Below the pieces are notes generated by a model. It was not told the DNA's origin. It worked only from the letters and a program-made list of their open reading frames with translations, and searched no databases. A DNA stretch of 64,000 nt. Source: a virus. The position numbers and the translations under genes are program-made. Location of the stretch: the IMG/VR virus record IMGVR_UViG_3300028197_001738, positions 1 through 64,000 of that record. The stretch is one strand, 5' to 3'. Each line of letters starts with the position of its first letter. Positions within the stretch are counted from its first letter, which is position 1. Below, piece by piece: positions 39,573-50,800 of this stretch.

Positions 39573-39893
39573 ATGAAGGCATCATATAAGGCTAACGACA
39601 AACTGCAATTTGAAGTTCAGGGAGAAGGTCAGAAAGAAATATTTAAAGAACTGGCCGCAATACAAGAAATTTTTGGAGAAACAAAATGCGGTGTGTGTGG
39701 GTCTGAGAACATTAAATTTGTAGTAAGAGCTGTTGATGACAACGAATACTATGAATTGCGATGTATGGACTGTGGAGCTGTTCTTGCTTTTGGTCAGCAC
39801 AAAAAGGGAGGAACTCTCTTTCCTAAACGTAAAGACGAAAAGGGAGAATACATGCCGAATAAAGGATGGTATAAATGGACTAACGCTAAGTAG
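39573..39893 (+). CDS. Zinc-ribbon hypothetical protein
   Basis: CGVC...CMDC; aromatic C-terminus GWYKW. Confidence 0.65.
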   Translation: MKASYKANDKLQFEVQGEGQKEIFKELAAIQEIFGETKCGVCGSENIKFVVRAVDDNEYYELRCMDCGAVLAFGQHKKGGTLFPKRKDEKGEYMPNKGWYKWTNAK

Positions 39894-39898
39894 CGTTA
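39881..39898. terminator. Inverted repeat at the convergence point of the two transcription blocks
   Basis: TAACGCTA-ag-TAGCGTTA, covering both stop codons. Confidence 0.45.
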
Positions 39899-40267
39899 CC
39901 ATTTACCCTCTGGACATTTTTCAGATTCCCATGATAATTTGCTAATATATTTTCTGTGTTGAAAAACGGGACAACCGCATTTATCACAGCTGTAATTATT
40001 AAAAAATTCACAACTTTCACATATTGAATATCTTTTAGATATAGTTTCATCAGGTGCTAATTTCATACCTTGAGATATATGCTCTGAAGTAGCCTTAGCA
40101 AAATTTTTCACCTTATTAATAAAAGATGGCTTACTTTCATTGGGTCTTTTAAAAGTCGTATTACGACAAGGAAAAACTGGAGGCTGTCCATCATTCGAGC
40201 GTAACTGGATATTGCAGTTACTACATCTGTACCATCCCTGTCCTTCTACAATAAAATCACAAAGCAT
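39896..40267 (-). CDS. Cys-rich small protein (DUF6171-like C-terminus)
   Basis: R..ICESCEF...CDKCGC...K..W.SEKCP.GKW. Confidence 0.65.
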   Translation of the reverse strand: MLCDFIVEGQGWYRCSNCNIQLRSNDGQPPVFPCRNTTFKRPNESKPSFINKVKNFAKATSEHISQGMKLAPDETISKRYSICESCEFFNNYSCDKCGCPVFQHRKYISKLSWESEKCPEGKW

Positions 40268-40269
40268 TA

Positions 40270-43200
40270 TTAATCTCCAGTATATTCATGAGGAATCATG
40301 AAAGCATCGAATTCTGACACTATCTGTCCTTGCTCCCTATTTTCTGCTCCATCAACACTTCCCATATATGCTCTATACGATAACTCATTAAGAAGTTGCA
40401 TTAATCTAGTATTGCTAGTTTTTTGCAGATTAGAATCTTCATCAAACTCATAACATTGCCACATATAGGGAAAGTTATACAAATATCCTTGAGCTATTGT
40501 TGTTTGTATAGGTTGAAGAGGTGCAACTCTTGAGTCTTGTCTGTATTCTGTAACATCTCCATATCTATAAAGAGTAGCAAGCAAGTCTACTCCTCTTAAG
40601 CTCCTGGGTATTTTTCTAAACTTTACTCTTAAATCTTTAGTATTATCTAGATTAAAAATGTTTGTCACCCTTGATGGAGCACCCACTCTCAAACCATCGT
40701 CTTCTGGATCTAAAGCTGATAGTAGCCCCAAGCCTCCTGGAGAACCATCAGTGCAAGCAGGATCATCCCCAATTCCTAATACGGAATTGACATCTGCTGA
40801 ATAATCATTTCCTATTAATCCTTCTTCAATTGCTTTTTTGGGAGGCAAAATGTTAGAAGCTGGTAAAGCTACTTCATAATATTCTCTAACCAAAACGATA
40901 TAATTCTGTGAAGCATTTGAGCCGATATCTTGTGTTGTTGGCATATAAAAAGTTCTAAAAACATCATATGTTGCCCAACCAGCAATAGATGGATATTTCT
41001 TTTCTAATTCTTCTTTTTGTTTTTGTACTGTTTCTTCTGGTATTGTATACGTAGGAGATAGTGTTTGACGAAAATCAACTGAACCGATTGGATTATCACC
41101 GAACTCTAATTGTTCTACTCCTTCGTCCCCCGCTGAGAAACCTCCACCATAAGCAAACTGAGGACACACATTATTATCAATTTGACCTTCTTGACCTTGA
41201 AGATTGGGATCTAAAAATGCACAACTAGTTACTGTTTTAATTAGAACTTTAGGTCGGAGTTCTTCTGCAATAGAGCATGATTGCTTGGGATCAATATTTA
41301 TCCAGTATAGATTATTATTTATTGAGTAATCTACATCATAAGTATTTATATTATTATCAGTAACAGATAATGTCGCTACAACATGAGAAGTAACATCCTC
41401 CTCAGCTATTTGTAACAATAGTCTTTTCAAAGAATTTCCTTCTGCGCATAATTTTTCTATATTATCAGACAACTTTATTAAAGCATTTACTTCATCTGAA
41501 TCTTTGGAATTATCATAATACAACAAGGCTGTCGATATCGAAGGTTCTAATTTAAAAAACTTGCGTATTTCTTCCATAGATAATTTTTCTGGAATAATAG
41601 ACTCGGTGACCTCTCCGTCTAAAGTTTCTAATCTTTTGTTGATATCACTCTTGGTATTTCCATATAGATTAACCTTATTAGATATAGTCATATCTCCTTG
41701 AAACATTAATTGATAATCAGACCAAAGATCTTCTTCATATATATCATTAAAATCTTTATTTTTTATATAAATAATTTCATGCTTTTTATTCTGGTATTTA
41801 TAATCTTTATATTTATTTTCAAAAGTCTCTTTTATCTCTGCTAAAGTATCAGGAGTTACAATATCGCTATCTATTACTCTTTTTTTCTTTTCTTCTTCTC
41901 TGTCATCAAAAACTTCTTGAAAATTTAATAATTCATTAATACTACAACTGAAACCCCTTGTTTTCGATTTTATAAAATCAGAAAAAGAGCTAGTATTCTT
42001 ATCATATAATAATATTTTATTGTATTTAAATTTATTATTATCTCTATTATTGTATATTTCATACAACTTTTTAATTTTATTGACTTTGTCAAACTCATTT
42101 ACAAAAAACTTATTATGTAATAAAGATATGTCTCCATAGCTACCACGACTAAATAAATTATTTTTTGGTGGATATATAGGGTGTTTGGCAGAAGTCCATT
42201 GATCATCGTAGCTTGAATCATTAATCTCTCCGTCGAATTTAAACTGATTAGTAGGATCTGATCCTATATTTTCTTCATCTTCCAAAGTATCTGCAATACT
42301 CGTAACAGGATCGATAATTGCTATTACGCTATTATCAAGACTCATGACTTTATTTCTGCCTACTAGAGTGTCTCCCTGTGCTGGGCAGAATACTCCTTCT
42401 TTTTCATCAGAAAGGGCAAATATAGAAACATGCTTATTGTCTAATATAATTTTTGCTTTACCTAATATTGTAGCTGTTGTTTCTTCAAAATCTCCTGTGC
42501 TATCTATAATGTTCATATCTTCATCAACATCATATAGATCATAAGGTATAGAATTTTCTATTTTTATAACAGTTATATTACATCTATTACCGATAGCACT
42601 ATATGTATCATCATCGAATATGTGATATGCACTACCTATATTACTATTTAATAAATCTATTGTTTCACTACCTGGTTCATACAGTTCGGACTTACTGGAA
42701 ACAATCGAATATTCAAAATTAGATAATAGTATTTCTAAATCCGTAGACCCATTAGAAATAGGAGTAATGTCTCTAAGCATAGTTTTAATTCTGGGAGTAT
42801 TAGATAGTCTAAAGATAGATGCTTCAAGATTATACCAAAAAGCACCATCCTTACTAACATTAAGCAAAATTTTATCTCCAGACCCAAACTGGTATCCATC
42901 ATGATTAAGAGCATATATTTCTCCTTGCTTTCTATCAGCACCTCTCCATTTTCGTGTTTGAGAAAAGTAATCAAATATTTGTCCATAAGCAGAATTACTA
43001 GCAGACCCCGCTATACTAGCCCCAGCAGCAGCAGCACCAGCACCAGCAAAACCCAAACCTGCCCCAGCAGCACCTGCAGCAAGTATAGAGACCGTTGCGG
43101 AGCTTGGAAATTCGGGAGGTCCAGCAATTGCAATATCTGTTTTAAAAGGATTGTCTGTGTTATTCGGACAGGGTGTGAAGTCTTGAATATATTGAAAAGG

Positions 43201-46200
43201 AGCATTAACATTAGCCAAAGGCATTAGTTCTAGCATTCCTGTAAGGTCAGCAATAAAACTATTACCATAATACCCACTATCTTTATTTATTGGTTGTGTT
43301 TGATAGTCTATGAATCCCAGGATATCACTACCACTTCCATAGTGTTCGCTATCATTACTTGTTGGAACTGGTTTGGTTTCGGAATCTACATGTAAAATAG
43401 TTTCCCATGTGCATAAAGTGCTGAATTTTTGTGTAGACGTAACTTTACTGCTGGGCTGTGTAAAATTATTGTATAAAACATTACTTTTAACATTATCGTA
43501 AGGTCCCATTAAGTCTGTTTCATTAACTACTGCTATTTTTAAACTAAATTTTGTTTGTGAATCAAAAGCATCTCCCTGCTGTTTAGGCATTTGGTCTTTA
43601 CAGGGGCCAGTTTCAGGACCCGGATTGACAAAAAGAATCTTATTATGGAATTTACTGAATGTATTGCATGGTATAGTTAGTCCATTGCGAGGTATTATTT
43701 TGTCCATGAGGTGATGATCTTCAGACGAAAATCCCATTGCTGCTGTTGTTGGTTTTAATGAGCTAAAATTATCAACAGCTGTATATCTGGTATCGAACCT
43801 ACCATCAGCAGAATTATTAGTTTCAGCATTATCAGAAAATTTTAAAGATAAATTAAATTCGTTATTTTTTACGTATTCCTGATTCAAAAGCATTAACTTA
43901 AAAGGTTTTTGAGGAGCAGTGGAATTTATAGTTGTTAGTTCAGTTAAATAACTTTTAAGTAATTCTACATCTACATGTCCTTCAATAGTTTCTTTAATTC
44001 CTGTGTTTGAAAAATAGTCTTCTAATTGTTTTTTAATATTACTATCAGTATTAGACCATTTTATATCCGTTGATTGATACTGAGTAGAGCTACTAAAAAC
44101 CTGATCTAAAAATGGCTCGTCAACATTTATTAAGTCAGGATATTTAAGTTCTCTCTTACCCCGGCCCTTTTGAGCATCTATTTCTTTTTCTGACAATTCT
44201 GCTTCTAGCCATATTACTAAATCTTGAGTATTTACATAGTTAAAAAATCTTAAATTTACTTCTAAGTCTTTTATTTGGAAAGAATTAACTCTAGGGTCTC
44301 TTAATTCTAAATCAGAATCCATATCATCTTCGGGAAGTCCTCCCTTTCTTAGTAGTTCTTCCAATTCTGGAGATAAATCTTTTAGATTGTTAGCTGGTCC
44401 AGTAACTCCAAATTCATATAATGTTTCATAATCGAGAGAACTATTTTCTTTTGTTGTTATAAAAAATTCATCATTCACATCATAATTTAGAGAAAGAGTT
44501 CTTTCCATTTGTTTAGGATAGCCACCAGCCAACATTCTATAACCATGAGTAGACTCATATTGAATTTCAGATCCGCTTGTCATAACCTTTTTATTCGTAT
44601 TATAGGCATCTGCATATTCTTTATGCAACTGATTGATAGTGTTTTGAAATCGCATTCTCTTATTAAAACTGTTCCCTGCTGCCCCACCTCCTTGAGCAGG
44701 GGGACACTCGCACAGAGGATCCCACCGAACACCCTTAGCTATTCCTAAACTTACAGTACTAGTAAATATCTTAGGACTATTGTATGTGACGCCTCCTAAA
44801 TTTATAATACTACTACTGTCAATATTTAATTTAGGTCCATTAAAAGTAAATGAATCTCTAGCTCCGGGGTTGAATTTTAAAACAGAAGATTTGTTGATAT
44901 CTATTCCGTCAACCCATCCACTATTAGGAATAAACGAACCCTTTTTAAAATTTACGTAAAAATCTCGACTGTCCACACTATCTATTATAGCATCGCTAGC
45001 TTTAGGATAACATAACTTATGCCTAGGAATATTTGCACTTTCTTCTTCATCTTCTTGAGCCTGAGGGCCAGATTGAGCATCTGCGATGTTATTATTTATT
45101 TCTTTGGATTTGGCTAGTTCACTAAGATCGTCCAAAGGATATCCAGTAATCGGAGGATATGTTATATCGAGTCCTAAAGCAACATCAGGTAATTCTAATT
45201 CGTTGTGAAAATTTGTTTTTTGCTCACTATCTAGACTATTATAACCCCCATAAGATCTTAACGGGCTACCACGATCAGTAGAGAATGTAGTCAATCCAAA
45301 AGTTTTAGTTTGACGTTCGTCCGGCATTGCTGCTAAAGCAAAACCTAAATAATTATTGGTATAGCCAAGCGTATTTCCTGTAACACCTTGACCAGCAGCT
45401 CTTCTTTCATATGCAGATATTGTGTTTGAAAATAGAGATAAACAATCCGAACATTCTGTACTTCCATTCCTGACTTTTTCTACAATAATTCTATCTACAT
45501 AGACTCTAATGTCGCTGTTGTTCATATTGTATTTAACATTATATAATGAACCGCTAGTTTCTCCTGTATTAATTAATACTTTACCACCATCTGTTTCGTC
45601 AATGGCATTAAATATAAATTTACTTCCTGATAATTGCATAACTGTAGATGAGAGAAAAGCACTTTCGACAACCTTAAAATTTGTAGAGACAGGCCAAACA
45701 GCACCTTCTGCTTTAAATGCTACCTTAGTCATTGATCCAGCTACAACTTTTATCCCCCTAGGATTTAGAGCAATCGGATTTCTTTGAGCTCTAAAAAATT
45801 TATTATACTTATTGATGAGAACATTAGTATTAACTATTTCTCTTGTTCTATTCATATAGTTATCATAGCTATAAGTGGCTGTCTCGTTTTTTTCTGTTTC
45901 TACGATAAAAGTTTTATATTTAACATGAACACCAAAAGGACCAGATATAGTACACTTAACCGTGATGGCCCCATAATCAGAAGGCAATATATCAACTATA
46001 TCGGCTGTAGAAGTATTATATAAAGTTCTCTTTCCTGTTCCAGAAATATTTGTGTCTGTAAATTTAATCTCTGGTCCACTAACATGCTCCCATAAAACAC
46101 CAAAGTCACTTAGCGCTTCATTGCTAGCGAGGAAGAAGGTCCAATCTTCCCTCCCAACCATAACTGCTTGAGAAAGAATAGGGAAAAATGCAGATAAGCT

Positions 46201-47844
46201 AATAATTGGTGCGTTAATTTCTTCAGCAGGTCTAGGATCATCCGATGACAAAACCTGAGGAAATGCTGGATTATTATCAATAGACGATTCTCCTGGTAGT
46301 ACTCGATCTGGGAATGAAGGATTCTGGGAAGCCGCAGGGAGAGGTATGAAAGTAAACACATTTGATAAAACCGACCAAGGAGCATCTCTTGGAATCCCGT
46401 CTGTAACTACTCCAGAGTCTGTCGTATTATCATAAGCCATAGCTATATTTATATTGAGTCGAGGTCCCCAATATGGCTCTATTCCATCATATAGAGGTAT
46501 CCTGTTTTCTGCAATTTTGTCTCCTTTAACTTTTGATACAATATTCAGTTCGGCATAAGGATTGAATTCAGGGTTGTCGTTATTTATCTTGGATAATATT
46601 GTAATATTCTTGGTTTCAAATTGTTGAGTTGCTGTTACTGTTTGACCCAAAGAGCTAGCGTTATTAGTAACAAGATCAGAAACTTGGGTAATGGCAATAT
46701 TGTCTCCATTTTTTATATCAAAACTACCCAAGTTAACTGTACCTCCATCTCTTAACGCCAATTTTGCTCCATACTTATGAAATAATTTATTGAATACCTG
46801 ATCTGGAGTTCTTAGTATACCTCTAGTAGGTAAAGGGTTTTCATTCTGTGTGCCTGTGTCTTGATTTAAATTTAGGTCTGTATTTAAAGATGCTGAATTT
46901 AACTCAGCACTAATGTAAGATAACGCTGTCTTTAAATTCGTATCTCCGTTAAGAAAATTATTTTTGATATTTTTTATTGAATCTAGACGCAAAGCTTCGA
47001 TATGAAAATTAGAAACTAAAGGACTACTAGCCAAATATTTTGATAAGTTTTTTAGTCTTCTACGATATTGCGCGTCTCCAAGTACCAATTTCCGCAGATC
47101 ATATGTTATAGCATTATATATAGCATTATAAGATTTATACAGTGCTGGTGATATAAAACTTTTGTCTGGCAGACCCACAGCCTGATTCTCTGTATAAGAA
47201 AAAACATCTCCATCAGGTATCCATAATTCTGTGGTTGTCTCATTTAAATAAAGCTTATAGCTTTCTTCATTATATTTAGGCCCCAGTATTTCTGAAGCCT
47301 CTTTTACAGCGGAATTTTCTATTATTGGAGTATCAGATGTTGATGATAAAACCCTATCTTCTGGAAGTTTTATAAAAGGACCATTTCCATCGCTTGTATA
47401 AAATGGAATATGGGTTGCTAAATTTTCCCAACTAAAAAATCTTTCTTCACTGTTATCAACTAATTTTCTTGACCAATACATCAAGCCTTCTGTAACAGTA
47501 AATGGGAATTCATAACTATTTAGTCTCCAGCATATGGACATATAACCATCAGAATATCCAAAATTACGAAAGTCTGGATTAAAAGTTACATAATCATTAA
47601 TTCCTATAGAGTTTTTATTGTATACTCCTCTATTGCTTATTTTTTGAATATCACTATTAGCAGAAAGAAGTGTCGGAGTCCAATGTTCTTTTGGCTGCAA
47701 AGAAGGTAATAACGTGTTATCAATTGAGATATTAGAGACACTACCATCAAACCAATCCTCTATGGTTTCTTTAGCACTGCTAACTTCCGGTTTAATTAAA
47801 TCATCAGACAGATAACTGTCGACGATAGTACAATCTGCTACCAT
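40270..47844 (-). CDS. 2524-aa putative virion tail/baseplate protein with PKD-like and expanded P-domain-like segments
   Basis: Size and context; WEHVSGP...; IKDLEVNL..DLVIWL..FSDNA..FSKF..F.LKI..L.TW..IL. Confidence 0.65.
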   Translation of the reverse strand: MVADCTIVDSYLSDDLIKPEVSSAKETIEDWFDGSVSNISIDNTLLPSLQPKEHWTPTLLSANSDIQKISNRGVYNKNSIGINDYVTFNPDFRNFGYSDGYMSICWRLNSYEFPFTVTEGLMYWSRKLVDNSEERFFSWENLATHIPFYTSDGNGPFIKLPEDRVLSSTSDTPIIENSAVKEASEILGPKYNEESYKLYLNETTTELWIPDGDVFSYTENQAVGLPDKSFISPALYKSYNAIYNAITYDLRKLVLGDAQYRRRLKNLSKYLASSPLVSNFHIEALRLDSIKNIKNNFLNGDTNLKTALSYISAELNSASLNTDLNLNQDTGTQNENPLPTRGILRTPDQVFNKLFHKYGAKLALRDGGTVNLGSFDIKNGDNIAITQVSDLVTNNASSLGQTVTATQQFETKNITILSKINNDNPEFNPYAELNIVSKVKGDKIAENRIPLYDGIEPYWGPRLNINIAMAYDNTTDSGVVTDGIPRDAPWSVLSNVFTFIPLPAASQNPSFPDRVLPGESSIDNNPAFPQVLSSDDPRPAEEINAPIISLSAFFPILSQAVMVGREDWTFFLASNEALSDFGVLWEHVSGPEIKFTDTNISGTGKRTLYNTSTADIVDILPSDYGAITVKCTISGPFGVHVKYKTFIVETEKNETATYSYDNYMNRTREIVNTNVLINKYNKFFRAQRNPIALNPRGIKVVAGSMTKVAFKAEGAVWPVSTNFKVVESAFLSSTVMQLSGSKFIFNAIDETDGGKVLINTGETSGSLYNVKYNMNNSDIRVYVDRIIVEKVRNGSTECSDCLSLFSNTISAYERRAAGQGVTGNTLGYTNNYLGFALAAMPDERQTKTFGLTTFSTDRGSPLRSYGGYNSLDSEQKTNFHNELELPDVALGLDITYPPITGYPLDDLSELAKSKEINNNIADAQSGPQAQEDEEESANIPRHKLCYPKASDAIIDSVDSRDFYVNFKKGSFIPNSGWVDGIDINKSSVLKFNPGARDSFTFNGPKLNIDSSSIINLGGVTYNSPKIFTSTVSLGIAKGVRWDPLCECPPAQGGGAAGNSFNKRMRFQNTINQLHKEYADAYNTNKKVMTSGSEIQYESTHGYRMLAGGYPKQMERTLSLNYDVNDEFFITTKENSSLDYETLYEFGVTGPANNLKDLSPELEELLRKGGLPEDDMDSDLELRDPRVNSFQIKDLEVNLRFFNYVNTQDLVIWLEAELSEKEIDAQKGRGKRELKYPDLINVDEPFLDQVFSSSTQYQSTDIKWSNTDSNIKKQLEDYFSNTGIKETIEGHVDVELLKSYLTELTTINSTAPQKPFKLMLLNQEYVKNNEFNLSLKFSDNAETNNSADGRFDTRYTAVDNFSSLKPTTAAMGFSSEDHHLMDKIIPRNGLTIPCNTFSKFHNKILFVNPGPETGPCKDQMPKQQGDAFDSQTKFSLKIAVVNETDLMGPYDNVKSNVLYNNFTQPSSKVTSTQKFSTLCTWETILHVDSETKPVPTSNDSEHYGSGSDILGFIDYQTQPINKDSGYYGNSFIADLTGMLELMPLANVNAPFQYIQDFTPCPNNTDNPFKTDIAIAGPPEFPSSATVSILAAGAAGAGLGFAGAGAAAAGASIAGSASNSAYGQIFDYFSQTRKWRGADRKQGEIYALNHDGYQFGSGDKILLNVSKDGAFWYNLEASIFRLSNTPRIKTMLRDITPISNGSTDLEILLSNFEYSIVSSKSELYEPGSETIDLLNSNIGSAYHIFDDDTYSAIGNRCNITVIKIENSIPYDLYDVDEDMNIIDSTGDFEETTATILGKAKIILDNKHVSIFALSDEKEGVFCPAQGDTLVGRNKVMSLDNSVIAIIDPVTSIADTLEDEENIGSDPTNQFKFDGEINDSSYDDQWTSAKHPIYPPKNNLFSRGSYGDISLLHNKFFVNEFDKVNKIKKLYEIYNNRDNNKFKYNKILLYDKNTSSFSDFIKSKTRGFSCSINELLNFQEVFDDREEEKKKRVIDSDIVTPDTLAEIKETFENKYKDYKYQNKKHEIIYIKNKDFNDIYEEDLWSDYQLMFQGDMTISNKVNLYGNTKSDINKRLETLDGEVTESIIPEKLSMEEIRKFFKLEPSISTALLYYDNSKDSDEVNALIKLSDNIEKLCAEGNSLKRLLLQIAEEDVTSHVVATLSVTDNNINTYDVDYSINNNLYWINIDPKQSCSIAEELRPKVLIKTVTSCAFLDPNLQGQEGQIDNNVCPQFAYGGGFSAGDEGVEQLEFGDNPIGSVDFRQTLSPTYTIPEETVQKQKEELEKKYPSIAGWATYDVFRTFYMPTTQDIGSNASQNYIVLVREYYEVALPASNILPPKKAIEEGLIGNDYSADVNSVLGIGDDPACTDGSPGGLGLLSALDPEDDGLRVGAPSRVTNIFNLDNTKDLRVKFRKIPRSLRGVDLLATLYRYGDVTEYRQDSRVAPLQPIQTTIAQGYLYNFPYMWQCYEFDEDSNLQKTSNTRLMQLLNELSYRAYMGSVDGAENREQGQIVSEFDAFMIPHEYTGD

Positions 47845-47861
47845 TTTTATTCTATCCTACT

Positions 47862-50800
47862 TTAATTCATAGATGTTAATGTCCATGATCCGTCTATAAA
47901 AGAAAAAACTCCAGGGGCTCCTGAATAAACTTTAAAATCTAATGGGTTATTAAAATTAACTACCAAATCACTGCTTACTGCTCCTGTTTTAGATTTAGCA
48001 TATGCTGTATCAATATTAGCCTCTCCATTATTTATAACTCCTAGGGCCACTATATTAGGCTTGCTAATAGGTTCATAATAACCAAGATCAGGATTATACC
48101 TACACAATAACCTAACACCAGCAGGAGCACTGTATCCTGCTCTATCTATAACATATACTAGTCTTCTAAACCCCTTAGGTAAAGGTTCAGTTATATATTC
48201 TAAATCATCAATATATCCCCTAACAACATTAGTATAGAAAAATATATCAGGATCTCTAATTAGATCTTGTTCTAACGTAATATATACCATTTTATATGGG
48301 CATCCGCTATCAGTTTTTTCACTAATATAATCAGCTAATGTAGAGTTGTCAATTTTATTAGTAACAATATATGGTGGCAATAATTCTTCTCCACAGCCAC
48401 CATCTCCTCCAACCCAGACTCTGCGTTCATGATCCCATCGCAAGTCTACAGGACCAACAGGCCAAGTATCAGGTTTAGATGCCCAATTTTCACTAAAATA
48501 CTTACTAGGTTTTTTACTCATAACCCATTGACTACCGTCCCATGAATATCTTTTTGTAATAATATCCCCTAAATGAAGCAAGAAAAAAGGATTATCTTTT
48601 GTTTTCCTTATTGGTTCAAATGCTCCTGGATGTGTCATATCATTGAATCCTTTTCCGTCCAACTTAAATCTTTTCGGTCTTCCTTTTTCATCTATTTCTA
48701 GCGGCTCATCACTATAATTAGGTATGGGGTAACCATCTTTATCATACCCCCATCCGTGAACCATTAAGGGACCTCTTAGCGAAAAGAATCTTTGATTATT
48801 TAAGAAAAGTGTTCCTTCTGCCTCTTTTGATTCAAAATCAAATTCTTCAAAAGCAGGAGGTATCGTTGAACTCTGAGTGTTTCTGCCGTGGAAATTATCA
48901 AGATTTGCTTCTATACCAGGAAGTTGTTGACCTCTACCAACAACTCTAATACTATGTGTATCAGGAATATTCCCGGATGGATACGCATTAGGATTAGCAA
49001 ATTCTCCACGAGGAACAACCACAGGATTTAAAGAATAAAAATTTATACCTATATCTTTAGATTTAGGATCAGAGTTTAATACTACACGAGGAGCCTTGTC
49101 TTTAGTTGGTTTCTCGTCTAAGAATTTATCATAAGACACTCTAGAAGCATTACAGTTTGGACAAGCATACTTAACAGTTTGTCTATCTTCGGAATTAGGA
49201 TAATTCACAAACGTATCTTCAATATATCCGACATTTTTACATATGTGACAATAAGCTTTGGTTGCATAGCCGTCAAGTACTGCAGGTATGTTTCCACTTT
49301 CTAATGTAGCAAGCCTTGTTTGTGCTGTTGTGAAATTTGATAAATTGTGTGTAGAATGATAGGATGTAGCATAAAAAGAAACAGGAGATAATAAACCGTC
49401 TAGGCTCATAGCAGATTTAACATTATAGCCTTGCAATAATTCTGGACCTACTTCTTCAGCCATAAATAATCCAGCCCAAGATTCCATTTGTTTATTTTTA
49501 ATCATTTTTTGAGCATCACTACCATTATTACTGGCCGCTATGAAATGCCTAGATGATCCTATCAATAACTCTCCTGGACTATTTCCAAACATACTATCTG
49601 AATATAAGTCAGCAGCCTCTTTTAAGACATCAGTAGTGTTTGTTTGGTTTTCTATAATAGATAAAACTTCTTCCGCTAATTGATTTGTGCTACTGTTTTG
49701 ATTAGTTAGCACCTCATTACCCAGTTTCAGAAATCTTTGGTTTATTTTTTTCTGAGTATCAGACAGTTCTTTGTTATAACTACCCATTTTTGGATTGTAG
49801 GAGCCAATATTATATGAGGTAGTCACTCCTTCTGTAGCGACCGAAATATTAATACCTTGAACAAAAGGATATCCTTGATTATATGTAGAGCTTTGATCTA
49901 AAAATGTACATTTAAAATCCTGACTTACAAAACCTCCTTGCGTATTATAATCTTGCATTTTTATGGATTCAGTATCAACAGAATAAGGAGATACCAAAGT
50001 ATTAGCGCTAGTAGAAAATTGAGACCCTATAGTAAAAATAGGAGGTCCTAAAATTTTAACAGAACCATTTTCTTCTGTAGTCAAATAATTTTCTTTGGCA
50101 TTTATATCCCAAATAACGGCTTTGTCAAGTAAAGAGGTTCCTCCATAATTCCAAGGAACGTAGTCACTGTTGCTCTCTACAGTAATATTGTCTACTAAGT
50201 TTTCTACGATAGTGTCAGGATTGTTTACATAGCTCCATATATTGTTTTTATTTAAATCTGGATAGTTTGCCCACGGACCATAAACATATCTATTGCTTTC
50301 TACTGGAATAGCAGCAAAAAACGGCTGTGCTGCTTTTGCTCCCATTTTCCTGTGATTGGCTGATACGTTAGTTTTGGAACCTTTTTCTAGTAAATTACCT
50401 TCTTTGATTACCGGTGTAAGAAAATTACTTTCTAGATATTCCATATGATCATATTCGTCTTGTGTTAAGTCAAAACCGGTCCCAACTAATTCAGGTTCTC
50501 CATTCTCATCTATTCTATATTTTCTTGCTGCTCCTGTTGCGTATCTATAAAAAGATATATCTTCACTGGCAACATTAGGCATCACGTAACCGTTTGGATC
50601 ATGCTCATAGGCATAAGTAGTTGTGTTTAATTCAATTCTATTACCAATAGAAATAATAGCTCTAGGATCACTCAAAAACTCTGGTCTGCCATATGCTATT
50701 TTAGCATTGTTGTCTATAGAAGCTTTTTTATAAAGTTTTTTGCCTCCTGCACAAGGATCTGCGTCTGCGCCATAAGCAGAAACAAAACCTACATTATAAG

